DNA of 64,000 nucleotides from an uncultured delta proteobacterium (GCA_963769935.1 CAVYNY010000020.1:160001-224000), one strand, 5' to 3'; shown: positions 1 through 9,514, counted from the first letter of the stretch. Notes: generated by a model from the letters alone, not told the origin. Translations and numbers: made by a program.

Positions 1-754
1 ATACCGCCGGATTCCTGGATGACTTCATAAACCGTCCTGACCCGGATGCCCTGGCCGTGATGCTGAAAAACGTTGAAACAGCTCGGACAGGCTACCAGAA
101 CGGTCTTGACGCCCCGGCCTGATAAATAAGCGATCATCTCACCGAACATGGATTCGAAATAGGCCCGGCGACCCAGGTCATGGGAAGGTTTGGTGCAGCA
201 GTCGAGCACGATTCCGATGGCGGGAATGATTTTCTGCAAATGCCGAAACATCCGCCGGGTCACCTCCGGCCGGGTTCCCGGCAGATTGCAGCCCGGGAAA
301 AATACCGTATCGCAGCCCCGCGGCAGCCCATACCATGAAAACAGAGGCCGAAGTGCCGCGCTTTTCATAGCCTAAAATCGCTCCGGTAGGCGGCTTTGTC
401 GAAATGGCCGCCGGCCGACATACAGCCGGCGCATCTCCAGAAAAAGGCCGCAGGGATCAAGGTTTTCCGGGCAGACAGCATTGCACAGGCCGCATAAACT
501 GCATTCATAGGCTATCGCCAGATGCCGGGCGCGAGGAGAAATCAAGACTCCGATCGCATGGCTTTGGGTGTGCCGTAATGGGTTAAAAAGGCACACTCCC
601 TGGTGCAGGCGCCGCACTCCGTGCAACGTTGCCGGATATCCTTTAGATACGGTTCCAAAGCGGGCGGCGCCTTGGCCTGGAAACCGCTTCGGCACGGCTT
701 CAAATCCCCTGATTTCCCGCCGGAGCGGTCTCGATTTTTTAATTTTCTGCTCAT
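1..754 (-). CDS. Fe-S oxidoreductase (4Fe-4S dicluster + CCG domain); runs off window start; frameshifted
   Basis: Stitched frames give CTECGACTRECAF...YECSLCGLCNAVCP...VFFPGCNLPG...DCCTKP...VACPSC; at least 2 indels (near 555 and 400). Confidence 0.75.
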
Positions 755-1287
755 TCAGACTTTTCCATCGGATAGCCGGCCCCTTTCCAGGCGAAGATTC
801 CGCCCGGGTAGCGGTAGACATTCTTATAGCCGAGCTTGACGGCCCAGGCCGCCCCGTTGTGGCTGCGCGTGCATTTGACAAACCCGCAGTAGATGACGAT
901 GGTTTTATTTTTGTCGCTGCCCAGCAGTTTTATAAAATCTTCCTGGGATTTGCCGTCGGTCTCCTGGGTGTTCCACTGGGGCATGTCCGGGATGGGAAAC
1001 AAAAACTGCACCGCGCCCGGCACATGATTTTTTTTGTAGCTGGCCTCATAGGGCATGGTGTCCACGATCACCATGTCCTTGCCGGCATCGATCCATTCTT
1101 TGAGTTCGGCGGTGGCGACCACATCGTATCCGCCCCGCTTCACGTCCCGCACGAGCTTGACCGCTTCGGTTTCCTTTTCCACTTCCTGTTCGAATTTGTT
1201 CTCGAACAGGGCGGCGGCCGGCCCGGCCAGGATGAACACCAGAATACCCGCCATCATCAGTTTCCGCACCGAATTAAATGTACGCAT
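751..1287 (-). CDS. Exported rhodanese-like domain protein
   Basis: Signal peptide (MRTFNSVRK...AAA), IVDTMP...HVPGA, active-site loop YCGFVKCTRS, YPGGIFAW; GGAGG RBS. Confidence 0.85.
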   Translation of the reverse strand: MRTFNSVRKLMMAGILVFILAGPAAALFENKFEQEVEKETEAVKLVRDVKRGGYDVVATAELKEWIDAGKDMVIVDTMPYEASYKKNHVPGAVQFLFPIPDMPQWNTQETDGKSQEDFIKLLGSDKNKTIVIYCGFVKCTRSHNGAAWAVKLGYKNVYRYPGGIFAWKGAGYPMEKSE

Positions 1288-1773
1288 CTTCCGTCCTCCT
1301 TTTTTTTGCCAAGTTTTCTGATTATTAATGTTATCTTTACCGGCTGGATGGTACGGTAGCGGCGCCATCCATACATAAACCCAATTCCCGCCAGCATGGC
1401 CAGGTCACGGTAGAGGGACTCCCTGCAGGCCGTGGAAGGCCTTGGCTTCGGGATCGTCCGGGCCGAAGCAGCCGCAGTCCACGTCCAGCCCCATCCGGAT
1501 GCCGTAGCCCAATATGGCGATAAACAGCAACAGCAAACCGGCGATCACCGCCAGGCTGCCTTCGATCTCGCACAGCAGCCCGATGCCGCCGGCCACTTCC
1601 AGGGCCGGCAGGACGACGGCCACCGGCATGAGCAGGACTTGCGGCAGGATGCCGTAGGCCTCTATCAGAACGGCAAAGGTCCTGGGCTCCAGAAGTTTTA
1701 CGCACCCGGCATATATAAAGATGATCCCCAGACCCCAGCGGGCCAGTTTGTAGATCCAATCAACAGTTTTCAT
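1257..1773 (-). CDS. MauE/DoxX family redox-associated membrane protein (frameshift near 1420)
   Basis: LARWGLGIIFIYAG..KL, LPALEV, DVDCGCFG; C-terminus SLYRDLAML continues in another frame. Confidence 0.8.
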
Positions 1774-1817
1774 TGTGATGATCCCGCGAAAAAAACGCCC
1801 GGACTCGTCAACCGTCA

Positions 1818-2564
1818 TCATTCCCGGGCGAGAAGTGCCGCTCCCAGGGCCCCGACCAACTGCGGATCCTGCGGGCTCAGAATGCGACGGTCCAGTTTTT
1901 CTTCCAACAGCACCCGCATGCAGGGGTTTTTGGCCACCCCGCCGGTAAAGACGATATCCCCCTCCGACGACACCCGGTTGATCATGCCGGCGGCCCGGCG
2001 AATGACGCTGCTGTGCAGCCCCCGGGCGATTTCCCGCCGGTTCTGCCCCCTGGCGATCAGGGAAGTGACCTCGGATTCGGCAAATACCGTGCACATGCTG
2101 GAAATGTTGAGATCTTTTTCCGCCAGGAGGGCTTCGCTGCCGAATTCTTCGATTGCAAAGCCCAATGTTCGGGCCATGATTTCCAGAAATTTTCCGGTGC
2201 CGGCGGCGCAGCGGTCGTTCATTTCGAATTTTTTCACCCGGCCGTTGTCGAACAGCGAGATGGCCTTGCTGTCCTGCCCGCCGATATCCAGCACGGTGCG
2301 CACAGCCGGGAAAAACGCGCGGGCCCCTCTGGCATGGGCTTTGATCTCCGTAACCGTCGGGGCGTCAAAGGCGATCTCGAACAGGTTGCGGCCATAGCCG
2401 GTTGCCATGACACGATCATAGGCAATTCCGTCGACCAGCTTTTGGGCCTCGTCGATGGGATCAAAGCCGGTGTCGGCCTGCAGGCTGATAACGATTTCGC
2501 CCGCCTCATCCACCACCACCAGCTCGATGGTGCGTGAGCCGATATCAATTCCCGCAAAGCGCAT
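1818..2564 (-). CDS. ATP-dependent activator/reductase (HgdC, BadF/BcrA family; DCCP-R-like)
   Basis: GIDIGS, ATGYGR, DIGGQDSK, MNDRCAAGTG, SSMCTVFAESE, TGGVAKN. Confidence 0.92.
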   Translation of the reverse strand: MRFAGIDIGSRTIELVVVDEAGEIVISLQADTGFDPIDEAQKLVDGIAYDRVMATGYGRNLFEIAFDAPTVTEIKAHARGARAFFPAVRTVLDIGGQDSKAISLFDNGRVKKFEMNDRCAAGTGKFLEIMARTLGFAIEEFGSEALLAEKDLNISSMCTVFAESEVTSLIARGQNRREIARGLHSSVIRRAAGMINRVSSEGDIVFTGGVAKNPCMRVLLEEKLDRRILSPQDPQLVGALGAALLARE

Positions 2565-2625
2565 ACTCACCTTAACTTCTCATACGATGCTTTCTAAAAT
2601 CCAATGCCGTCAGCCGGAAGCATCT

Positions 2626-2745
2626 AACCGCAGGGATCGCTGAGTACGCAGAGATAATTTAAACTTTTCTTTCTCAACGTTCTTTGCAAGCTCTGCGGTG
2701 AATTACAGTGTTTCTTATTCGATCAGACAGGCTGCTTTTTTGGGC
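2626..2745. repeat. Intergenic hairpin repeat, copy 1 (similar to 50384-50492)
   Basis: Shared ...cgcagagat..aaacttttctttctc..gctctgcggtgaa..gatcagac..ggcc. Confidence 0.75.
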
Positions 2746-2802
2746 CAAAACCCAACGCCGCATTCTACAGCAAGCTTTTAAGATGGTCCAAGATCCTGAC
2801 GT

Positions 2803-4086
2803 CTACCGCAGCTGCTCGACAAAAGCCTCAACCCGGGTCTTCAGCTGGCCGATATCCTCCATGCTGTAGTCGGTTTCGATGCGCAGGCAGGGGATATTCT
2901 TTTCCTCCAGCGCTTTTTCCACCGGGATGGATTCCATCAGATACGGCTGGCAGAACTGCAGGCCGTAATGGATCACACCGTCGGCGTGGTAGGCGGCCAC
3001 CATTTCCCGGATATGGTTCAGGCGGTCCGGATTGGGCGTAAAAATGGCGCAATCGACCTTGAAAATAGCGATCCACGATGGCGTCCATCATTTCTTCCAC
3101 GGTCTGACCGGAATCATCTGTAAGGTTGCGGGTGCCGCGCTCGCCCACGCAGGACTCCTCGCCCACGATCACCCCGCCGGCGGTTTCCACAATCAGGGGC
3201 AGCTTCCAGTTGGGCACGGCCTGCGGGCAGCCGGAGACGAGAATCCGCGGGGTCTTGGGCGGGAAAACGCCCTTTTTTTCCGCAATCCGCTGCTCCAATT
3301 CGTCGCAGATTTTATTGACCGAGTCCGTAAACCGGGCCGGATTGTCGTAAAAGAAGACCTGGTTGGCCAGCAGGGCATCCAGGCCGGAGATGGGCGCCGG
3401 GTCGGCCTTACGCAGAGAGTGAGAGCCGATGGATGGCCGCCCGCTTGGCATTGACGGTCCGAATGGCCTGCTTCAGCGATTCGGCCGTGACAACAACACC
3501 CGTCAGTTTTTCGACCGCCGCCTTGAAACGCCCATATTCGGCCCGCAGCAAGTGCTTTGCCGTTTTCGGACTTGACCTGGGGCAGGTCCATCACGTAGAG
3601 GTTGTCAACCAGGGTATCAAGCGTTTCATAGGCCTTTTTCTTGCCGTCGCAGGTGTTTTCCCCCACGATCATGTCCGCGCTTTCCAGGTAGGGGCAGACC
3701 TTGCCGAGTTTAAACCCGAAGGATGATTTAATCAGGGCACAGGTGTTGCGGGGCAGCAGCTTTTCCACATCCTCGGTGGCAAAGTCGGCCCCGGAGCAAA
3801 GCCCCACCAGGGTGGCGTTGGCGGCCAGCACGATCTCCTCGGGCACGAAAACGCAATAGGAGCCGATGATTTTACGGCCGGCGGCCTTTTCGTCCAGCAA
3901 CTCCTTGATCCGCAAACCGTGGACCTCGCTCATGACGAAGTCAAAATAGCCCATCCCTTCCGGGCGGTCTTTCTGAGACAGGTAAATGTCCTGATAAGCT
4001 TTTCCCAAAACATCCAGCAGGGCGTCATGGGCTGCAAGATCGAGCCCCAGATCGGCCCACATCGAACGATAATCTTCACTCATCAT
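2803..4086 (-). CDS. Double-cubane-cluster anaerobic reductase (2-hydroxyacyl-CoA dehydratase family); several frameshifts
   Basis: N-terminus MWADLGLDLAAHD..RPEGMGYFD..HGLRIKEL and Cys motifs YCVFVPEE, GLCSG, RNTCALIKS, CPY, NTCDGKKK, SGCP, EESC, DCAIFTPN, QFCQPY across ORFs 3193-4086, 2828-3451 and 2803-3003. Confidence 0.85.
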
Positions 4087-4161
4087 GTGCTCCTTTCAAC
4101 GATTGCTGCCTTTTTTCCCCCCGGCGGTCAGGCCGGATGGATGCAGCGGTTGCGTGGTTTT

Positions 4162-4345
4162 TCATTCAGAACGCGGCAGTTTCCGGGAAAGTTCGGCTGG
4201 ACCGATACCGACAGCAAAGATAGCATTTTTGTCCAAATGACGAATTGACGATGGCAGGTTGGATACGATTTTGGCATTCGGCGTCGTCTAACAAACCCGG
4301 TTAGCTGATTCAATGTCCTCAGGTAAAGCCAAAAACGTCACTCAT
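4162..4345 (-). CDS. Putative small UxxU selenoprotein (not in the ORF track)
   Basis: GAGGT RBS then ATG at 4345: MSDVFGFT-TGA-GH-TGA-IS-(TAA)-PGLLDDAECQNRIQPAIVNSSFG; after removing one base in an A-run it reads QNAIFAVGIGPAELSRKLPRSE; hairpin at 4288-4304. Confidence 0.55.
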
Positions 4346-4411
4346 GGCGGACCTCGCGGAAGAGTTGCCCTTTCGATCAATTGGGGAGTAATTTTATAGA
4401 AATTTTATCGC

Positions 4412-4448
4412 ATGGAAAATATCGATATGTCAAACAGGAAATTCCGAT
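4412..4448. promoter_or_regulatory. Candidate tandem LysR boxes flanking a minus-strand TTGACA
   Basis: ATGG-N7-CGAT (4412-4426, contains T-N11-A) and ACAG-N7-CGAT (4434-4448), 22 bp apart. Confidence 0.35.
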
Positions 4449-4463
4449 AGAAATGGGAGGCTG

Positions 4464-5375
4464 TTAAGGTTTTTCCGATAGGAGGAAATCATGCATGGCC
4501 TGGCAGGATGGCGAAGCGATCCGCAGTTTATTGCGAATCAGAAAAAAGCTGCGCGACATCGAAAGTCCTTTGACCTTCAAAGCTTTGAGCAGTCCGGCTT
4601 TAACCTCGGTGTCGATGGCAATGGCGGAGAGGATCGACAGGCCGAGGCCGGATTTGATGCCCTCTTTGACGGCCGTCGAGGAGCCGAAACGGGCGGAGAC
4701 TTGAAGGACGTTGCTGCCGTTCTTATCGGATTCACGCAGATTGGCCTCCAGGATCTTCAGCGTCCCGGAGCCTTCCTCCCGCAATATAAATGGGATTCCC
4801 CGCAGCTCCTGCAGGGAGACGGACTTGCGCCGGGCCCACGGGTGCCGGGCCGGGACGGCCAGCACCAGATCGTCCTCCCACAGTTTCTGGCACAAGAGGT
4901 TGGGGTGCAGACTTTTTTTTCCGATAACCCCGATCTCCAGTTTACCTTCAAGGACCTGATTTTCAATTTCACTGCTGTCCGCGATGGTCAGTTTCACAGA
5001 TAAGTGCGGGTACTTATTCTTAAATCTGCTGACGAGACCCGGAAGAATATACTCACCGGGGATGGTGCTGCCGCCCATGGAAATTTCTCCCTGCTCCAGT
5101 CCGAGAAACTTTTCCATTTCCAATTGGGCCGTTTCTTTCATTTCCAACAGGAGGACGGCATGCTTGTACACTATTTCGCCGGCGGCCGTCGGCACCACTT
5201 TTCTACCCAGGCGGTCCAGCAGCCGGATTCCGATTTTTTTTTCAAGCGAGGCGATCCTTTCACTGACCGAGGCCTGAACCAGAAAAACAGCTTCCGCAGC
5301 CTTCGAAAAACTCTCCAATTCGACTACTTTGCAAAAAATTTCAAGCTCGCGAAAACTGAAATCAATATTCAGCAT
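4464..5375 (-). CDS. LysR family regulator (CysL-like; resembles the selenium-metabolism-associated LysR group)
   Basis: HTH FSKAAEAVFLVQASVS..LLDRLGR; GGSTIPGEYILP; REEGSGT; STAVKEGIKSGLG. Confidence 0.9.
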   Translation of the reverse strand: MLNIDFSFRELEIFCKVVELESFSKAAEAVFLVQASVSERIASLEKKIGIRLLDRLGRKVVPTAAGEIVYKHAVLLLEMKETAQLEMEKFLGLEQGEISMGGSTIPGEYILPGLVSRFKNKYPHLSVKLTIADSSEIENQVLEGKLEIGVIGKKSLHPNLLCQKLWEDDLVLAVPARHPWARRKSVSLQELRGIPFILREEGSGTLKILEANLRESDKNGSNVLQVSARFGSSTAVKEGIKSGLGLSILSAIAIDTEVKAGLLKALKVKGLSMSRSFFLIRNKLRIASPSCQAMHDFLLSEKP

Positions 5376-5390
5376 TTTCTGATTCTTCCT

Positions 5391-5414
5391 AATTAATCCG
5401 CCCTGAAAAATAGC
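5391..5414. repeat. AATT(A/C)ATCCGCC-ended repeat arm (also 9593-9685 and 30593-30687)
   Basis: aattaatccgccctgaaaaatagc is nearly the reverse complement of gctgtttttcagggcggatgaatt at 30664-30687. Confidence 0.65.
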
Positions 5415-5862
5415 TTCAGAAATTGAATATGGCATTCCGCGGCATTTTGCAAGGGTTGGAATTTTAGTTTGCGTTCAAGCATTCTGAAAAGGATTCTTTT
5501 CCCCCTCGGTCTGGAAGAAGCAATATAACCGGCAGTGCTTCAATGGCCGAGTTGTTTAGGGCTGAGCATTCCGCAAAAGTTTCGGAACCTTTGATTGACT
5601 TTATTGTCGATATCAGTATAAATCTTGAGCAGAAGCGTCAAAAGGGGGGCCACAGATTTTTGCGTAAAAGCCTATTCTTTCATTCTTCCCAACCCATCCC
5701 GGACAACGTACCCGCACCTTTGTCCGAAGACGGCATCCCGGCCTGGGATCCGGTGTTCATACACCCGCTCGCATTCAAAGCTAACCCTTATATGGATATG
5801 TCGCCGAATATATCAGTCTCTCCTGAGGCGGCGTTGTCATACCGATTCCGGAGAGCAAATCC

Positions 5863-7216
5863 ATGACGGAAGCTTGTCGCGAACGCTTGATAATCTTCAC
5901 CCGCTACCCGGAACCCGGTACGACCAAAACCCGCATGATACCGGAGCTGGGGCCGAAGGCGCCGCCGATCTCCAGCGCCGGATGACCGAGCACATTGTGG
6001 CCAGAGTTGTCAAGCTGATCGGGAATTGCGCAAAATGCCGGTGGAGATTCGCTATGAAGGCGGCAGTGAACAATTGATGGCCGCATGGCTGGGGAACGGC
6101 TTTTCCTATTGTCCCCAGGGTGAGGGGGACATCGGGCTTCGGATGGGGCGTGCCCTGGAGCAAGCTTTTACCCAGGAATTCGATAGCGTGGTGATTATCG
6201 GATCCGATATTCCGGATATCACGACCGAAATTCTGCAAAATGCGTTTGAGATGCTTAAACATATTGACCTGGTGCTGGGACCGGCCGGAGACGGGGGGTA
6301 TTATCTGATCGGTGTGCATCGCAAAACTTTCCGCCATTGGAATCCACAATTATTCGGCGATATCAGCTGGGGAACCGAAAGTGTTCTCCCCCAGACGCTG
6401 GCCATTGCCGAAAGATTAGGACTGAATTACCGTCTGCTCGATACACTCAATGATGTGGATCGGCCCGAAGATCTCAGCGTGTGGTATCAGGCTTCAAACC
6501 CGTGCCCCCCTTCAAACAACCCTATATCCCTGTCAGTTATCATACCGACTTTAAATGAAGCGGATACAATCGGTGAAACCGTTGCCGGTATTCGGCCAAA
6601 CAGCCGGACGGAAATCATTGTGGTTGACGGGGGCAGCCGGGACGGAACCGCCGAAATTGCCGAATCCCTGGGTGCCAAAGTGCTCAGGACTTCCCCCCCA
6701 AAGGGTGCCCAAATGAATGCCGGTGCTGCGGAAGCAGGCGGCGATGTACTGTTATTTTTGCATGCCGATACCCGCCTGCCGGAAAATTTCGAGGAATGTG
6801 TTCTGGCGGCTGCTGCCCAGGACGGCTTTTGTGCGGGCGCTTTTTCGTTGGGCATCGAATCATCTAAAAAGGGTCTCCGATTGATCGAAAAAGTTGCCAA
6901 CTGGCGTTCCCGCTTTCTTCAGTTGCCTTACGGCGATCAGGCACTATTTGTATTCCGCGACCGGTTTCAAGAGGTCGGAGGGTACCCGGAATATCCGATT
7001 ATGGAAGATTTCGTGTTAATCCGGCGTCTGAAAAATAAATGCAAAGTTAGCATTTTGCCGCAATCCGTGCAGACCTCGCCCCGACGTTGGCAAAACCTTG
7101 GCATTTTCAGAACCTGGCTGTTAAATCAGCTAATTATCGTTGCCTACTACCTCGGTATATCTCCCCGGCGACTCGCGCAATGGTATCGACGCGACAAGGA
7201 TCAACCCAATCAGTAA
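5863..7216 (+). CDS. Fused TIGR04282-like + TIGR04283-like glycosyltransferase; 5' frameshifts
   Basis: LIIFTRYPEPGTTKTRM (from 5863), QGEGDIGLRM, IIGSDIP, LGPAGDGGYYLIG, DVDRPEDL; then SVIIPTLNEA, VDGGSRD, LFLHADT, PYGDQ, IMED, TSPRRW. Confidence 0.85.
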
Positions 7217-7510
7217 AGAATCCTGGCCCAGAGGACCAAGCTTTGACTTCATCCGAGATGGGTGGTCCTGGCCGTCAGAGTACCCATGGAATAATGGAAT
7301 ACTGGAAAAATGGGATATTGGGAATCAGATGCGGAAATAGGAATTATTTTAATTGTTTGATCTCTACCAACCCTATAAAAACAGATCTCCTTCCACCAAA
7401 CCCAATAAAATCCAACATTCCATTGTTCCAATATTCCATATCATTCATCTACGGCAAAGCCAATCTTCTCTGACCTAGCCCAAAGAACCAGGTTTTCAAT
7501 TTTTAAATAC
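7217..7510. repeat. Intergenic element with AAGAATCCTGG.../...CCAGGTTTTCAAT ends and internal GGAATAATGG/CCATTGTTCC inverted arms
   Basis: End motif recurs near 29352, 33477, 46541, 54550 and reversed at 59357-59418. Confidence 0.65.
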
Positions 7511-7679
7511 AAATTATCGCTAAAGTTTTGTCTGAGACTATCCGATAACATTGAAGTCGGAAAATTTCGGCAAAAGAAAAACAACAGTTGCCGAGCAACT
7601 ATTGGACCTCCAACCAACAATAAAGCGGTTTCATAATCTCAGATCATGAATCCGCTTTTAATTATTTTTGGTTTCATTC

Positions 7680-8624
7680 ATGATGCATGCACACACTCCC
7701 CACAAGATCCTTTTCGAGCGCCCTAATCTCGAAGAATTGACCCGACGCTACACAGTTGTCGACCCCCATTTTCATTCGCACTATTCCGATGGATATAATT
7801 CGGTTCAAGCGATTGCAAAGCGAGCTAGGGAATTGAACATCGGCCTCGCCGTCACCGACCATAATGATATCCGCGGCGCGGTTGAGCTCGACGATCACAC
7901 AGATTTGGTCAATATACCGGGTATCGAAGTCACCTCCCGGGAAGGCACCCACATCCTGGTGTACTTTTATGACATAAAAAGCCTGACAGCGTTTTACCTG
8001 AATGATGTAAAACCCAACATGGGCCACGACATCATGAGTTCAACCAAACTGGAAATGGAGGAAATTATCGTGCGGGCCCGGGCGTATGAAACGGTGATTG
8101 TTTTCCCCCATCCTTACAGCGCCACTTTTACCGGTATTCACAATTCCTATTTCTCGGAAGAGCGGCTGGGCCGGTTATTCGAAATGGTGGATGGGATCGA
8201 GGTCATTAATGCCGAAAACCTCAACAAATGGAATCTGCGCAGCGCCCTGCTCGGGTTCAATCTGGACATCGGGATCACCGGCGGCAGCGACGGGCACCGT
8301 CTGGCTCAGATGGGCAAAGTGGTGTGCTATGCTGAATGCAAAAACAATCGGCAGGCCTTCCTGGATGCCATCAAAAAAAAGCAGACCAAGGTTGTCGGAA
8401 AAGAAATTGATCTCATCCGCAAGGTGACGTCCAACGGGGTCAAATTGCGCACCAATATAAAAAATTGTCCGGACCTGGTAGAAAAGAATCTTAAATACAG
8501 TTATACCTTCTTTAATGCAAAGTCGAAGATATTCAGGGACAACGTCAAGCGCAGTTTAAATGACAGATTTAAGGAAAGACGCAAAAAGCACGCGATGCTT
8601 TATAACAATGAGCGCGCTGACTGA
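7680..8624 (+). CDS. PHP-domain metal-dependent phosphoesterase
   Basis: DPHFHSHYSDG, AVTDHN, GIEVT..GTHIL, PHPY, GGSDGH. Confidence 0.85.
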   Translation: MMHAHTPHKILFERPNLEELTRRYTVVDPHFHSHYSDGYNSVQAIAKRARELNIGLAVTDHNDIRGAVELDDHTDLVNIPGIEVTSREGTHILVYFYDIKSLTAFYLNDVKPNMGHDIMSSTKLEMEEIIVRARAYETVIVFPHPYSATFTGIHNSYFSEERLGRLFEMVDGIEVINAENLNKWNLRSALLGFNLDIGITGGSDGHRLAQMGKVVCYAECKNNRQAFLDAIKKKQTKVVGKEIDLIRKVTSNGVKLRTNIKNCPDLVEKNLKYSYTFFNAKSKIFRDNVKRSLNDRFKERRKKHAMLYNNERAD

Positions 8625-8658
8625 AAATGCATTCTATTTTCCAGCCTCCCGTTTGGAT

Positions 8659-9057
8659 TCACTCCGCCACATCGCTGTGAGGCGCATGGCTGAAAGCCAG
8701 GATCTTCGCCACCCGCACAACCAGCTTTCTTTCAACCTGGGGCAGGGGAGCGTGTTTTTCAGTTTCCGCCGAGTAACCGTTCATCATTGCCTGCTCCTCA
8801 ACGTTCACCACTTCGCCGAGAAGCTGGTATCCCTTGTCTAAGGGAGGATCCCAGACTACCAGTGAGATGCGCCGATTTTCATCCAGGTTGGCGATAGTAC
8901 CCGGGCAAAACCAGGCCGATACCGTCACATGGTCTTCCGAAGCAGATTGAATTTGGGCTGCAGCGGCGACATGCGGCATGCCGGATGAATCGGCAGTGGC
9001 CACAAACACATGGCCCAGCTTCTGCGCCAGTTTTATTGCTGCATCAAAGTTATTCAT
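8659..9057 (-). CDS. Pyridoxamine 5'-phosphate oxidase-like (split-barrel) protein
   Basis: FVATADSSGMPHVA, TIANLDENRRISLVVWD, GYQLLG. Confidence 0.8.
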   Translation of the reverse strand: MNNFDAAIKLAQKLGHVFVATADSSGMPHVAAAAQIQSASEDHVTVSAWFCPGTIANLDENRRISLVVWDPPLDKGYQLLGEVVNVEEQAMMNGYSAETEKHAPLPQVERKLVVRVAKILAFSHAPHSDVAE

Positions 9058-9179
9058 TTTCCATGCTTCGATCCCGTCAAAGAGCAAAAGAAAAAGGGTC
9101 GTTTAAGATTTGAGGTGCCTTGGTCTGAACCAAAATGATTCATTTTTTGTGAACACCATTTAACGGTTTTTTATTTCCT

Positions 9180-9323
9180 AAACCGGCTTTAAAACCTTTA
9201 GATATTGTTTGAAGGCAAGGCGTGAGGAGGAGAAAAAGCGCAGCGTACACGGAGTACGTGAGCATCTTTCTCCGACGAACAACGCCGTATTCGAGCAAGA
9301 GATGAAGATTTTAAAGCCGGTTT
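9180..9323. mobile_element. MITE-like element with 15-bp terminal inverted repeats
   Basis: AAACCGGCTTTAAAA (9180-9194) / TTTTAAAGCCGGTTT (9309-9323), TA at both ends, internal imperfect palindrome. Confidence 0.7.
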
Positions 9324-9514
9324 TAGGTTAGTTGGCCGGAGGCCCGGAACTCATCCAAACTCCTTTTTTCAACCAGCACGGCGCCCTTTTCCCGCACGGC
9401 TCTGATCTGGTCAAATTCGATCATTTGATAAATTATCTTGCGGCCGACGCCTATATATTTAGCCGCCTCGCCGACTGTCATCATAGGGAAATATATATAT
9501 GGATCTTGTTTCAT
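9323..9514 (-). CDS. Excisionase-like helix-turn-helix DNA-binding protein
   Basis: MTVGEAAKYIGVGRKIIYQMIE..IRAVR..VEKRSLDEF. Confidence 0.75.
   Translation of the reverse strand: MKQDPYIYFPMMTVGEAAKYIGVGRKIIYQMIEFDQIRAVREKGAVLVEKRSLDEFRASGQLT

Noticed and set aside
4128..4313. 61-aa ORF from the track (MNQLTGFV...)
   Set aside because: TTG start without an RBS; better explained by the overlapping UxxU frame
5543..5866. 107-aa ORF between lysR and the fused glycosyltransferase
   Set aside because: No RBS or recognisable motif; lies in a divergent promoter region
9323..9514. Prophage or ICE marked by the excisionase-like gene
   Set aside because: No integrase, att site or phage genes nearby
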